This document shows, in pieces, positions 41,872-52,415 of a DNA stretch of 64,000 nucleotides (position 1 is the first letter of the stretch; each line of letters starts with the position of its first letter). This stretch comes from an uncultured bacterium (GTDB taxonomy: Bacteria > CSSED10-310 > CAZUFC01), in the NCBI GenBank assembly GCA_964619725.1, contig CAZUFC010000014.1, positions 1 through 64,000 of the forward strand. Reading direction: 5' to 3'. The translations under genes and the position numbers were made by a program. The notes beneath the pieces are model-generated. The model was given only the letters and a program-made list of their open reading frames with translations, was not told the origin of the DNA and ran no database searches.

Positions 41872-42615
41872 TTAACTGGCCTCATCCTTCTTCACCGCTT
41901 CGTCTTTCCTAACCGCCTCGTCCTTCTTTACCGCTTCATCCTTCTTTACCGCTTCATCCTTCTTTACCGCCTCATCCTTCTTCACTAACTCATCTTTTTG
42001 AATAACTTCTATTTTGACAAGTCTGGCTATCCTTTCGTGGCGCCTGCGTTCCATACCCTCGCTCCCGGACTTCCTTCCTCTTTCCTGCCAGCCTTTTCCT
42101 GCTCCGTAACGCGCGCCGGACCGGAATGATATCAGCCCCCTGGGATGAACTCTGATCATATATTCAGCATCATCGGCCATAACTTCTTTGTGAGACAAGG
42201 CAATGCTCCGTTCGCGAATTCCATGCAGAGTTATTTCTTTAAATTCTTTAATTTCCAATAATTCCAGCATTTTTTGCAATTCAAGTTCCCTGCCGAACCG
42301 GCGCCTTCTTCTGACAGGCTCCTTATCAGTATCCTTTTCTTCCTCTTGCGGTACGCTTTTTTCCACCAGATCAGCGAATTCTTCATGAGTGAATTTTTTA
42401 AATAGATTGCCATCAATGAAAACTTCCAGCGGTTCATCCATCATTTTACTGTGTTTGAACATTCTTTCCCGCTTCATTTTTTTGCCGCCCTGCTTTTCCT
42501 GGATTTCAGTCTGCTCCGCTTCCTCTTCCGCGCAGTAGAGTATGGGAGAGGACATAAAGGCAATGATTGTCAAAGCCGTAGCTGCGACGGCCAGAATATT
42601 GAAAACCTTTTTCAT
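41872..42615 (-). CDS. Secreted hypothetical protein with C-terminal KKDEAV repeats
   Basis: Signal peptide; AGGAGG RBS; 7 hexapeptide units. Confidence 0.8.
   Translation of the reverse strand: MKKVFNILAVAATALTIIAFMSSPILYCAEEEAEQTEIQEKQGGKKMKRERMFKHSKMMDEPLEVFIDGNLFKKFTHEEFADLVEKSVPQEEEKDTDKEPVRRRRRFGRELELQKMLELLEIKEFKEITLHGIRERSIALSHKEVMADDAEYMIRVHPRGLISFRSGARYGAGKGWQERGRKSGSEGMERRRHERIARLVKIEVIQKDELVKKDEAVKKDEAVKKDEAVKKDEAVRKDEAVKKDEAS
41875..42000 (-). repeat. 18-bp coding tandem repeat x7
   Basis: QKDELV (KKDEAV)x4 RKDEAV KKDEAS. Confidence 0.95.
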
Positions 42616-42857
42616 AATGTTTTTCCTCCTGCGATAAAGGCAGATTTAATCATCGAACCGTATAAAAAATTGATGTATCAAGTGAATTTTTATCCTCCTG
42701 GCGAGGCCGTATCTCCTCCAGCCGCTCAAAAAGTTATAAAGCGGATAAGCGAAAATGTCAAGATTGGAAGGATATTTCCAATGCCAAAAGTTTTATCGGG
42801 TCGATGAATGCTGCAATTTTGAAGAAACTTTCCGGATGACGGCATCAAATATGAAAG

Positions 42858-43700
42858 TCAATCGACGTAGGTATGATATCCTTGAAACCAAGGCAGGTAA
42901 TTAACTCCAAGAAAGGTAATGAGAACGGCAATGAATCCGATGATTGCGAGGAGAGCCATTGTTTTTCCTTTGCGCTTTTTAGTCCACCCGGTATGCAGGT
43001 AAGCGGCATAGATAAGCCAGGTGATGAGGGACCAGGTTTCTTTGGGGTCCCAGCCCCAATATCTTCCCCAGGTTCTGTTTGCCCAGGCAGCGCCAGTGAC
43101 GATCCCTATGGTCAGCATGATAAAACCGAGAAAAACGGCCCTGAGTGAGATATAATGTAATTTTTGAAGGTCCGGGAGCCTGGAAGCGAAGCCGGAGAAT
43201 CGCTGTTCTGTTTTCATTCTCAAGAGGTAAAGGATGCTGGTCGTCATAGCTACAGCGAATCCGGCGTAACCCAGGAAGCAGCTCAGAACGTGAATATGAA
43301 GCCAGCGGCTCTGAAGAGCGGGCATCAGCGGAGTTATTTCATCGGTAACTCCCGGTATAAGCTGAACCAGGAGGATGGACAGCCAACTGAGAGGAATGAT
43401 GAAGGCGCCGAGGGCTTTCGTTTCGTATCTTCGCTCGTAAAGGAGGTAGACCAGCAGAAGGCACCAGGAGAAAAATACCGTCACTTCGTAAGTAGTAACG
43501 AGCGGCACATGACCTGTACCCAGAGCGTATGATTCAAGCCAGCGAAATCCGAAGGCAAGAGTTTCCGCTATGAATCCGACAAGAGCTGTGAGTGAAGCGG
43601 ATTTTCCCCATTTAGGCCCTGCAGTGAGGAAAAAGACAAGGTAAAGATTACCTGATGCAAATAACAAAAGAATAGCGACTTCGAATAATAATTTGCTCAT
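42858..43700 (-). CDS. ccsA: Cytochrome c biogenesis system II protein CcsA/ResC
   Basis: WLHIHV, WGRYWGWDPKETWSLITW, AAYLH. Confidence 0.95.
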   Translation of the reverse strand: MSKLLFEVAILLLFASGNLYLVFFLTAGPKWGKSASLTALVGFIAETLAFGFRWLESYALGTGHVPLVTTYEVTVFFSWCLLLVYLLYERRYETKALGAFIIPLSWLSILLVQLIPGVTDEITPLMPALQSRWLHIHVLSCFLGYAGFAVAMTTSILYLLRMKTEQRFSGFASRLPDLQKLHYISLRAVFLGFIMLTIGIVTGAAWANRTWGRYWGWDPKETWSLITWLIYAAYLHTGWTKKRKGKTMALLAIIGFIAVLITFLGVNYLPWFQGYHTYVD

Positions 43701-45115
43701 GCTCGTTTCCTGGGCTGATCCTGTAAAACCGACTTCAATTCACTCTTGAAATTGACGTAAAAAGTTTCCGCAGAATGACTGCGGCGACCGCTTTTTGCTG
43801 AAAACATAACCGAACCGGGAGTTTGTATCAACCAAAGTCGAATGTGAGGAACAGCGAAAAATATTACTAATCCGGCAATGAGGGTAAAACAGCCGCCCCA
43901 TACGATCCACACGCCCGGATTCTTCGAAACCTGGATTCCCGTAAAGTAGATGCTTTCAGCATTAGATGTATCCAGGCCGAACTTGATTCTCGGAAGGACA
44001 TCGCCATGAAAGTCGTGTTTTTCAAAGACCCAAGTTTCGACCGCTTCGCCGTTTTGGATCAGCAGATGAGCGGCCGGATTCTCGAATTCTTCCGACTGGT
44101 TGATGAAGGCACGATCGTCGCCTACTACAAGATGCGAAAAAAGCTTCACAACGTATATCGACAAAGCGCCGTCTGAAGTCTGCAGCGAAAATTCCTCGCC
44201 CTCTCGCATTTCTTCTCTTAAGATTTCTTCACCTGATTCTGACTTTACGGCGGTCAGTATAAAATCTTTAAATTTAATACCGTATTCCGCCTGAAAAAAA
44301 CGGAAGCCTTCATAATCGAGAGGCTGATTGACTTTGATCAGGGCTTTTTTCAGGGTATTGCCGTCTTTTGTAATTCTGAGCTCGCTCTTATATTGCTTAA
44401 CGGAATCCCCGGCGTATTTTTCTATTTCAAACGAATCGCAATGAACGGTGAATCCGAATTTTCGCGGGACTCCGTTTTTCATAAAAAAAATATCGGTTTT
44501 TTCGCCGACGGGAAGCCGGAACGAACCTGAGACTCCGGTTATGCCGGATATCACGGCCCCCAGGAGGATAATCAGGAACCCCAGGTGAACGAGATAAAAC
44601 GCATAGGCGGAATAACGCGCTTTTTCCCCGAGAAGAGCCCTGCGCTGTGCAACGGGGTCGTTGTATTCGGTCAATTTTACGCGTTTTTCACTCAGGAGCG
44701 CCTTGATGGAATCGAAAGCCAGTCCGGGGTCTTCGGGGGAAAGAGAGCAGAAAAACCTCTGCCTGGAAATTTGATCGTCAGCCGTTATTTCCCCTGGTTC
44801 GGCGAGCCTTTTTGCGACGCTTTTGCCGGCTCGGACCGTACAAACGGACAGGTTGAGCGTCAGCGCCAGGACCAGCGCGATAAAGAGAGGAGAATGATAC
44901 ACGTCGAGGAGTCCGAAACGGTTCAGCCATTTGAAAACTTCTTCGCTGTAAACCTGCCTTATGGATTCGGCATCATAGACGGGTTCCTGCAAAATGACCG
45001 TCCCCGGTACGCTTGCGACAGCGAGAAGTATCAGCAGAACGACGGTAGTGTAAGTAGAGCTGAAAATACGAACCGTTTTTTTTATGAGAAATTTCAATCT
45101 AGAACCCGTCGACAA
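43697..45115 (-). CDS. resB: Cytochrome c biogenesis protein ResB/CcsB
   Basis: GT..Q, DVYHSP, HLGF, VNQPL.Y.G..FFQ, TGIQVSKNPG; overlaps ccsA start. Confidence 0.92.
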   Translation of the reverse strand: MSTGSRLKFLIKKTVRIFSSTYTTVVLLILLAVASVPGTVILQEPVYDAESIRQVYSEEVFKWLNRFGLLDVYHSPLFIALVLALTLNLSVCTVRAGKSVAKRLAEPGEITADDQISRQRFFCSLSPEDPGLAFDSIKALLSEKRVKLTEYNDPVAQRRALLGEKARYSAYAFYLVHLGFLIILLGAVISGITGVSGSFRLPVGEKTDIFFMKNGVPRKFGFTVHCDSFEIEKYAGDSVKQYKSELRITKDGNTLKKALIKVNQPLDYEGFRFFQAEYGIKFKDFILTAVKSESGEEILREEMREGEEFSLQTSDGALSIYVVKLFSHLVVGDDRAFINQSEEFENPAAHLLIQNGEAVETWVFEKHDFHGDVLPRIKFGLDTSNAESIYFTGIQVSKNPGVWIVWGGCFTLIAGLVIFFAVPHIRLWLIQTPGSVMFSAKSGRRSHSAETFYVNFKSELKSVLQDQPRKRA

Positions 45116-45121
45116 GCCATT

Positions 45122-47230
45122 TCAGTTTTCTATATCGCTGGGGTCCGCATTCATCGCATCCTTGCGGGAGAGCGATATCTTGCCCTGACGATCGACGCCC
45201 AGAACTTTCACTACAATCTCATCACCTTCCGTCACAACGTCCGTGACTCTCTCCACTCGCTCATGCTTCAATTCCGATATATGAACGAGCCCTTCATAAT
45301 CAGCGAAAATCTCCACAAAAGCCCCGAAATTTTTAACGGATTTGACCGTACCACGGTATATTTTACCGACCTCAGGTTCAGCCGTCAGATATCTCACCCG
45401 TTTTTTCGCTTCCTCCATATCGGACTCGTTTTTAGCGTATATTCTGACTACGCCCTCATCCGTCACCTCAATATCCGTTTCCGTTACCGCCTGTATTTCC
45501 TGTATCGTCTTACCGCCGGGTCCTATCAAACTGCCGATCCGTGATTCCCTGATTCTTACCTGAGCCACTCTGGGGGCATGGCTGGACAACGATTCTCTCG
45601 GTTTTGAAATGGTTTTAGCCATCTCCGCCAAAATATGCAGACGCGCCTCTCGCGCCTGCTCCAGCGCCTTCTTAAGAATCTCAGCCGGCAGCGCTCCGAT
45701 TTTATTATCCATCTGGACTGCGGTTATTCCGTCAGCCGTGCCGCACACCTTAAAATCCATGTCGCCCAGATGGTCTTCATCTCCCAGAATATCAGTCAAT
45801 ATAACGGTTTTTTCACCTTCTCTGATCAGCCCCATAGCCACGCCTGCAGCGGGTTTCTTTATGGGAACGCCGGCATCCATTGCAGCCAGCGAACAGCCGC
45901 AAACAGTCGCCATGGATGATGAACCGTTCGATTCGGCGATATCGGATACTATTCTGACGGTGTAAGGAAAATCATCCTCACCCGGCATCAGCTTTTCCAC
46001 GGCCCTGGTCGCCAGGTTCCCATGCCCTATTTCACGACGTCCCGCGCCTCTCAAGGGCCTGACTTCGCCCACCGAATAAGGCGGAAAATTATAGTGCAAA
46101 TAAAAACGATGCCCTTCTTCTCCAAACAGGGTATCTTCCCTCTGTTCATCACGGGTCGCGCCCAAAGTGCAACTGACAAGCGCCTGAGTTTCCCCGCGAG
46201 TAAAAACCGCGGAACCGTGAGCTCCCGGAAGCCAGCCTACTTCCGTTTCAATGGGCCGGACCGTCTCGGCGTTTCTGCCGTCTATTCTTGTTCCTTCATC
46301 GGTTATCATTTTACGGATCATGTCATGTTTCATCTTTGAAAAAATATCGCTTATCTTTTTTTCATCGCCGGCATCCCCCTCTTCCGTTAACAAATGCTCC
46401 ACTATCTCTTTAAACAAATTGTCCAGCGCCAGGTACCGCTCCTTTTTCACAGGCTCTGTCACGGCTTCTCGAAGTCTGCTTTCGGCAAATTCCTTCACCC
46501 TCTTTTCAAGCTCTTCATCCCACCGCGCCCGTGTCCATTCTCTCTTTTCACAGCTCGCTTTGCCGCGCCATTCGTCCAGCCGCTTTATCGCCGGCGCCGC
46601 CGCTTCTTCAGCAGCTTGAAGAACATCCGCAAAATCCTCTTCGGAAACCTCGTCAGCCTCGCCTTCAACCATTATCATTCCGTCCGGACCCACGGAAATG
46701 ACTATATCGATTAAAGCCCCTTCTCTTTGCGAACGCGCAGGATTTACGATCAACTCCTCATCGGGAGTTTTTATCACGCGCATTCCTATCACGGGTCCGG
46801 CCCACGGTATATCGGACAAATGTAAAGCCGCGGCAGCTCCATTCAAAGCGCAAATGTCGGGATCAACTTCAGCATCCGAACTCAACACCGTAGCGATTAC
46901 CTGCGTATCCTGAAGATAATCCTCCGGAAACAGAGGCCTGATCGACCTGTCTATGATCCGGCACGTCAGTACCTCATGATCGGACGCCCGGCCCTCCCGT
47001 TTGATGTATCCCCCGGGAATTTTGCCCGCTGCAGCCGCCTTTTCCCGGTATTCCACGGTCAAAGGAAAAAAATTCATCCCCTCCTTTACATCCTTCCTGG
47101 AAGATACTGCTGTCACCAGAATAACCGACTCGCCCGCCTTTACCACGACCGACCCGTCCGCCTGTCTGGCGATGCGGCCTGTCTCCATTACGTATTCTGC
47201 ACTTCCAATCTTTATCGTCTCCTGCATCAT
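45122..47230 (-). CDS. pnp: Polyribonucleotide nucleotidyltransferase (PNPase)
   Basis: ETGRIARQADG, RREIGHG, SNGSSSMA, GDMDFKV, KH and S1 domains; ORF could start at 47269. Confidence 0.97.
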   Translation of the reverse strand: MMQETIKIGSAEYVMETGRIARQADGSVVVKAGESVILVTAVSSRKDVKEGMNFFPLTVEYREKAAAAGKIPGGYIKREGRASDHEVLTCRIIDRSIRPLFPEDYLQDTQVIATVLSSDAEVDPDICALNGAAAALHLSDIPWAGPVIGMRVIKTPDEELIVNPARSQREGALIDIVISVGPDGMIMVEGEADEVSEEDFADVLQAAEEAAAPAIKRLDEWRGKASCEKREWTRARWDEELEKRVKEFAESRLREAVTEPVKKERYLALDNLFKEIVEHLLTEEGDAGDEKKISDIFSKMKHDMIRKMITDEGTRIDGRNAETVRPIETEVGWLPGAHGSAVFTRGETQALVSCTLGATRDEQREDTLFGEEGHRFYLHYNFPPYSVGEVRPLRGAGRREIGHGNLATRAVEKLMPGEDDFPYTVRIVSDIAESNGSSSMATVCGCSLAAMDAGVPIKKPAAGVAMGLIREGEKTVILTDILGDEDHLGDMDFKVCGTADGITAVQMDNKIGALPAEILKKALEQAREARLHILAEMAKTISKPRESLSSHAPRVAQVRIRESRIGSLIGPGGKTIQEIQAVTETDIEVTDEGVVRIYAKNESDMEEAKKRVRYLTAEPEVGKIYRGTVKSVKNFGAFVEIFADYEGLVHISELKHERVERVTDVVTEGDEIVVKVLGVDRQGKISLSRKDAMNADPSDIEN

Positions 47231-47409
47231 TTTCCGTCGCTCCTTCGCAAAAGTTGAATCAAACGTCATGATACTAATGGACTGATATGAAGTTGTCGAG
47301 TTTTTTTACGAATGAAAACATTTTTATCGAGCTGACAGAAGAGCGCCGAATAAAAAGTAATCAAAACAACTTCTGGATTGATCAATACTCCATGCACGGA
47401 ATTCTGCAT

Positions 47410-47444
47410 AAAAAAAGCTCCCGCTCTTGCGAGCGGAAGCTTTT
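47410..47444 (-). terminator. Rho-independent terminator of the large surface-protein gene
   Basis: Minus strand AAAAGCTTCCGCTC-GCAA-GAGCGGGAGC-TTTTTTT. Confidence 0.85.
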
Positions 47445-47465
47445 AAAGGCTTATAAGGTTTTTAA

Positions 47466-50400
47466 TCAGCGATTTTTGCGGTATGAACGTCTCAGGACGA
47501 ATCCGAGACCGCCGAGAAGCATTATGATGCCAAGCGGCGTCGTCGCAGGAATCGACACGCCTTCACAACTTACGTTCAGAATACCCATACCGGTACTGGA
47601 ACTGTAGCCGCCGACTTCGATCAGATAAGTCTGACCTACATCAGCCACAAAAGTAACCTGAGATTGCAACTCTCCGCCAAAGTCATCATTACTCGCTATT
47701 ATCTCCCCGACAGGATCGCACGTGCAACCTTCGTAAACGGCCAGTTTCGTGTCGTACATACTTCCCAGGAGACTCACTGTGGCAAGTACCGAATCTCCGG
47801 AACAGGTCGGCGTGTAGCAGTACCAGACATTGGGACTGGTAATGTAATCGCCCGGTCCGTCTGCAGTAGCGCACATCGTGTTGAAGGGCATATCGACCAC
47901 CTCATTAATGGCCGTGGCATTGGCGCAATCGTCGTTTGCAGGCAATTCGTCGATGGAGAAAATAAAGTCGTTGATGCAGTCAGGCGACGGCCAGGTGTCG
48001 ATCATTACGTAATAGGTTCCTGCGGTGAAGCTGTAGTCGAATCCGACATTGCTTCCAGTACTTGTGTTGTAATCCAGGCACGGATCAGCCGGCGGACATT
48101 CGTCATCTATCGCCATTCCGATCCAGGAAGCGTCTGTAATCAGCGAAAGGCACGCTGACACGTCTTCCGTCACGGTGATCTGATAAATGATGTCTTCGCC
48201 GCCGTCATAACTGCCCAGACAGGTTTCAGAATAATCGTTCACGCGTCCGCATGTGGTATTCTGGTTCGCAAAGGGCATCTCAGCCGGTATGGTCACAGGG
48301 AAAGGATCGGTACAGTCATCGCCGCCCATGAAGGGACAGGTGTATTCGGGGCATGTTTCGCCTTCGAACCACCATCCGTTCATCGCATCGCATTCAGGTT
48401 GCGTATTGGTTTCAACGCATACCGAGTCTACGCAGCATGCTCCTGTTGGCGGAGCGGTGCATTCAAGCGAGAATGCGTATTCCCAAGGACCCAGGGCACA
48501 TGGATAGCCTTCAAACACGGTGGGGGCGATGAAGAACCAGTGCGTGCCGGCTCCCAGGTCGACCTCAACGCTGATCTCTTCACAAGGCTCTCCTGTAGCG
48601 TAAGGGTCCAAGCTCCCCAACAGATAGGCGCAATCGCCGGCGCCCGGCGGGTCTGTCGGAACGTACCCGATTATCACGTCGAATTCGGCTTCGGCCGTCA
48701 TGGTTACCGTGTAAGGTTCCGTCAACACCAGTTCATACCAGTCGGTGTCTCTGGTCGAGTCCTCAGCCCAAGCGTTGCCGCAGTAAATGTCTCCGCATTG
48801 AATCGAGGTGAATACGGGCGGCGTCGAGTTACAGCCGCCGTTGGTGTCCTCACCGCAAGCTTCGCCTTCATCCAGTCCGCCCATCGGGCAAGGCACTACA
48901 CAGGGTATGCATTCTGCAATGGTTAAGTCGAATTCCGGGATGCAATCAGGAGAAGGGTATGTATCGATCATCAGGTAGTAGGTTCCGGCTGTGAAGTTCA
49001 TGCAATCGCTGGAGTAAGGATCGCTGAGGTAGCTGTTATTCTCATTAATGATGCATTCAGTATCCGGCGGACAACTGTCGTCGACAGCGAAACCGGTCCA
49101 GGTCGTTCCCAACGGGTCTAATGAGAACTGTAAATAAGTGTCTGCAGTCACGTTCAGCATGTAAATGATGTCTTCGCCGCCGTCGTATGAGCCCAGACAG
49201 GTTTCTTCGTAATCATTCAACCGGCCGCAGGTGAAATTAGTATCCATGTAATCCAAGTCTGCAGGAATATTCACCATTATCGGGGTCGCACAATCATTTC
49301 CCGAAGGATCGGGGCACTGGAATTCCGGGCATGTTTCGCCTTCAAACCACATTCCGTCCAGGGCATCGCATTCGAATTCAAAGTTGGTCGCCGTGCAAAC
49401 CTGATCAACGCAGCAGGCGCCCAGGGCCGGTTCGCAATTCGGCGGGTCCTGACAAGCCGTTGCGTCATCAGAAACGTCTAACTGAAAGACCCCGTATGAC
49501 GAAGAGCTGAAACCGCCGACAGTGATGTAGTAAGTTTCGCCCAAATCAGAGCAGAACGAATAAGTGGAGAGCAATGAATCATAATCAACGCAGTCGTCAT
49601 CGTTGCCGCCCACGCAGATCAGGTAGTCGCAGGAATAGCAGAATACGCTGATCTTGCTGTCGAATTCCGACACATCGTTGCACGTGGTCACCGTTATGGT
49701 ATTTCCTGTGCCCGTAACCGTATACCAGACGTTCTTGTAAGGTCCGGAATACACTCCGCAAGGTTCCGCTATATCGTCCGTGGCCCAGGTGTTGTCGCCG
49801 CTCACCGAAGCAGGAAGCGTTCCCACGTCGATAGCGCCGTCGCAGTCGTCATTGGGCGGAGGCGGTTGCGGACAGGGATTCGGATCGCAGACTTCGCCGG
49901 GCAACCAGTTGCCGGGTCCGTAAAGTCCGTCGCAAGTCGCTATGTCCGTAACCGAACATTCGCCGGTGGAAGGATTACAGCAGGCGCCGTCCGTTATGGT
50001 CTCACACGTCAACGAAGCCTTGTAATCCCAGGGACCGTCCGCACAGGCGTATCCATCGTATACCGAAGGAGCGACAAAGAACCAGTAAGTTCCCGGCATA
50101 ACGTCGACTTCTACGAATATTTCTTCACAGGGCTCGCCGAGAGTATAAGGATTGAGATATCCCGTCGAATCAGCGCAGTCGCCGCTGCCCGGAGGATCGG
50201 TTTCTATCATACCGATGACCACGGGAAGTTCGGCTTCCGCCGTCCATGTGAATGAGGTCGGCTCCGTCACTACTACTTCATACCAGTCCGTATCACGCGT
50301 TCCTTCACTCGCATAAGATTTCCCGCAGTATAAATTGCCGCATTGCAGGCTCGTGAACACCGGCGGTGAGGCATTGCAGCCGCCGTTAGTGTCGTCGCCG

Positions 50401-51917
50401 CAAGGTTCGCCTTCCTGAATGCCGCCGATCGGACAATTGACGATGCAGGGACAGGGATTCGGATCGCACGTTACGCCGGGATGCCAGTTGCCGGCGCCGT
50501 ATGTCGTGAAACACCACGTTTCCGTCGTGTCCGGATAACAATTTCCCGTATTGGGATCACAGCACGCGCCCAGTCCGCATGCAGGTTCAAGTTCGCTGCA
50601 GAGCGTATCCATGGCGAAACGCAACGGCGGTTGGCACGCTGACATGTCAACCAGATCATTACATGTTCCCGTGGAATCGTCACAGCAGGCCCCTGTCGGA
50701 TCAACCCACTCAGGCGTCAAACAGAACGAACGATCACGGAGCGTTGAATCCAAAACCGTTCCGTCCCACTGCAGCGAATCGCCGTCGCCTATGGGTGAAC
50801 TTCCCCACAATAACCAGCACGTTGAATCGCCCGCGCCTTCTATCGATACCCAACCGGCGCTCAACTGACAGCAGGGATGTATGCCGGCGCTGAAATAATA
50901 AAGCGGATAAACGTCGGCATACAGGTACCCCGTATCCTCAACCAAAGGCGTAACCGTGGTTTCACACACTACAGCCCCAGGAACTCCGCCGTCATCGGCA
51001 TAAAACGTTACGTCATACACCTGCGGGTCTTTGTAGCACGTCGTCCAACCAGCGTCATAAGCCAGGTTCATTCCCCACCAGTGAATATCGCATATAGGCG
51101 ATTCCACTCCTGAGAAATTGTCATACACGACATATCCAGGTGAGACGTCGCTCGTGGCGAACGACCAGGCATCATCCGGCCCGTCCACTGGCTGCGAATA
51201 CAGCGAATCAAGCGGACACGGCATCGGCGGGTCCCAGGCCTGACCTTCCGTTACTTCGAGCGTATACGTTCCGGAATTGGTTCCGAAACCGTCTACTACG
51301 ATATAATAGGAATTTCCGCCCGTCAAAGTCACGCCGGTCACTTCTGAAACATAGCTCGAATAATAAGGAGCGCTGCAGGCGTCGTCGCTGCAGGCGAAAT
51401 AGTTGCCGGGGTCCGGACATGTGTTCTCATAAACATACAGCTTTGTATCATAATCCGTATCGCCGACGCACAGCGTTATGTCCACAATGACTTCGGCAGC
51501 GGGGGTGTACACATAGACCACATCCGGAGCCGTCGAACCTGTATATGGACATACTTCGTCGTAGTCGTTAACATATCCGGTTGTCGTCCCCGTATCCGCG
51601 TAAGGCAGACTCGTTATCGCCAATGCTTCCGCACATGTGTCGCCGCCCTGGCGAGGTCCGTTCATGTCATAACCCTTCTCCTGCAGTCTCGCTCTCTCTT
51701 CCTTCGTCACGGGCTTCGACAATCCTGCAGTCACAGGATTAACCGGACTCGCCTTTATTGAATTCGATTTAACATTTTCTACTTTGTTCTTATCGATCGT
51801 CGTTTTTACCGTATTGATTGCATTCGCCGTCAAATCAACTTTTCCGGCGAATACCGTCGGCAACGCCATTATCGATATTACCAACATTAAAGGAATTAAA
51901 ACCTTCTTCACTTCCAT
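47466..51917 (-). CDS. 1483-aa Cys/Asp-rich secreted repeat protein with IPTL-CTERM-like sorting tail
   Basis: Signal peptide; repeated GACC, NDDC..A and PPC-like modules; ends SIPATTPLGIIMLLGGLGFVLRRSYRKNR. Confidence 0.88.
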   Translation of the reverse strand: MEVKKVLIPLMLVISIMALPTVFAGKVDLTANAINTVKTTIDKNKVENVKSNSIKASPVNPVTAGLSKPVTKEERARLQEKGYDMNGPRQGGDTCAEALAITSLPYADTGTTTGYVNDYDEVCPYTGSTAPDVVYVYTPAAEVIVDITLCVGDTDYDTKLYVYENTCPDPGNYFACSDDACSAPYYSSYVSEVTGVTLTGGNSYYIVVDGFGTNSGTYTLEVTEGQAWDPPMPCPLDSLYSQPVDGPDDAWSFATSDVSPGYVVYDNFSGVESPICDIHWWGMNLAYDAGWTTCYKDPQVYDVTFYADDGGVPGAVVCETTVTPLVEDTGYLYADVYPLYYFSAGIHPCCQLSAGWVSIEGAGDSTCWLLWGSSPIGDGDSLQWDGTVLDSTLRDRSFCLTPEWVDPTGACCDDSTGTCNDLVDMSACQPPLRFAMDTLCSELEPACGLGACCDPNTGNCYPDTTETWCFTTYGAGNWHPGVTCDPNPCPCIVNCPIGGIQEGEPCGDDTNGGCNASPPVFTSLQCGNLYCGKSYASEGTRDTDWYEVVVTEPTSFTWTAEAELPVVIGMIETDPPGSGDCADSTGYLNPYTLGEPCEEIFVEVDVMPGTYWFFVAPSVYDGYACADGPWDYKASLTCETITDGACCNPSTGECSVTDIATCDGLYGPGNWLPGEVCDPNPCPQPPPPNDDCDGAIDVGTLPASVSGDNTWATDDIAEPCGVYSGPYKNVWYTVTGTGNTITVTTCNDVSEFDSKISVFCYSCDYLICVGGNDDDCVDYDSLLSTYSFCSDLGETYYITVGGFSSSSYGVFQLDVSDDATACQDPPNCEPALGACCVDQVCTATNFEFECDALDGMWFEGETCPEFQCPDPSGNDCATPIMVNIPADLDYMDTNFTCGRLNDYEETCLGSYDGGEDIIYMLNVTADTYLQFSLDPLGTTWTGFAVDDSCPPDTECIINENNSYLSDPYSSDCMNFTAGTYYLMIDTYPSPDCIPEFDLTIAECIPCVVPCPMGGLDEGEACGEDTNGGCNSTPPVFTSIQCGDIYCGNAWAEDSTRDTDWYELVLTEPYTVTMTAEAEFDVIIGYVPTDPPGAGDCAYLLGSLDPYATGEPCEEISVEVDLGAGTHWFFIAPTVFEGYPCALGPWEYAFSLECTAPPTGACCVDSVCVETNTQPECDAMNGWWFEGETCPEYTCPFMGGDDCTDPFPVTIPAEMPFANQNTTCGRVNDYSETCLGSYDGGEDIIYQITVTEDVSACLSLITDASWIGMAIDDECPPADPCLDYNTSTGSNVGFDYSFTAGTYYVMIDTWPSPDCINDFIFSIDELPANDDCANATAINEVVDMPFNTMCATADGPGDYITSPNVWYCYTPTCSGDSVLATVSLLGSMYDTKLAVYEGCTCDPVGEIIASNDDFGGELQSQVTFVADVGQTYLIEVGGYSSSTGMGILNVSCEGVSIPATTPLGIIMLLGGLGFVLRRSYRKNR

Positions 51918-52343
51918 CCATTACCTCCTGAAATTTTTTGTAAATTTTCCGTCATCATTTCCTTCACACGCTACTTTCTTCTCAGAAAAGATCAATTATC
52001 GCCCTCCTCTTATACGACCACCTCCTTCATTCCCCAAAATCCTTTTCCTCAACTCAACCCTACTCGAAGCATCATCGCTTCAGTCTCATCAGAATAATTT
52101 CCATGCACTTTATACTGATCAGATCAAGAAAGTCAACCTTTCTTTCATCTTTTTTTGATCGATTTTAAACATTTGAAAACAGAAGCATCCACCCTGTTCA
52201 GAAACTGACCCTATAACTCTAAATATCCATTTGTTTTTATCCATAACACGGCGATATACCCCTATTGGTGCGTCATGCTGCTGCTTTTCCCAGTGAATCT
52301 ACAAACAATAGCCCGCTTCGAAAAACCATGCCTTCCTTGCCTT

Positions 52344-52376
52344 AAAAAAAATTCGCCCTTTTATCGAAAAGAGGGC
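52344..52376 (-). terminator. Putative rho-independent terminator
   Basis: Minus strand GCCCTCTTTT-CGAT-AAAAGGGC followed by GAATTTTTTTT. Confidence 0.6.
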
Positions 52377-52415
52377 AAAACTCTCAGGAAACCCACTTCC
52401 CATCACAGACCCGGG

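Noticed and set aside
44585-45544. 319-aa + strand ORF and similar long antisense ORFs (5305-6033, 7627-8334, 58265-58888)
   Set aside because: Shadow or alternate-frame ORFs of well-supported genes, with no motifs.
47466-51917. Giant Cys-rich protein as a multiheme cytochrome served by nearby resB-ccsA
   Set aside because: No CxxCH motifs seen; the Cys pattern fits disulfide-rich modules.
51918-52415. Riboswitch or ncRNA in the long leader of the giant gene
   Set aside because: Only a terminator hairpin is recognisable; no known aptamer motif seen.
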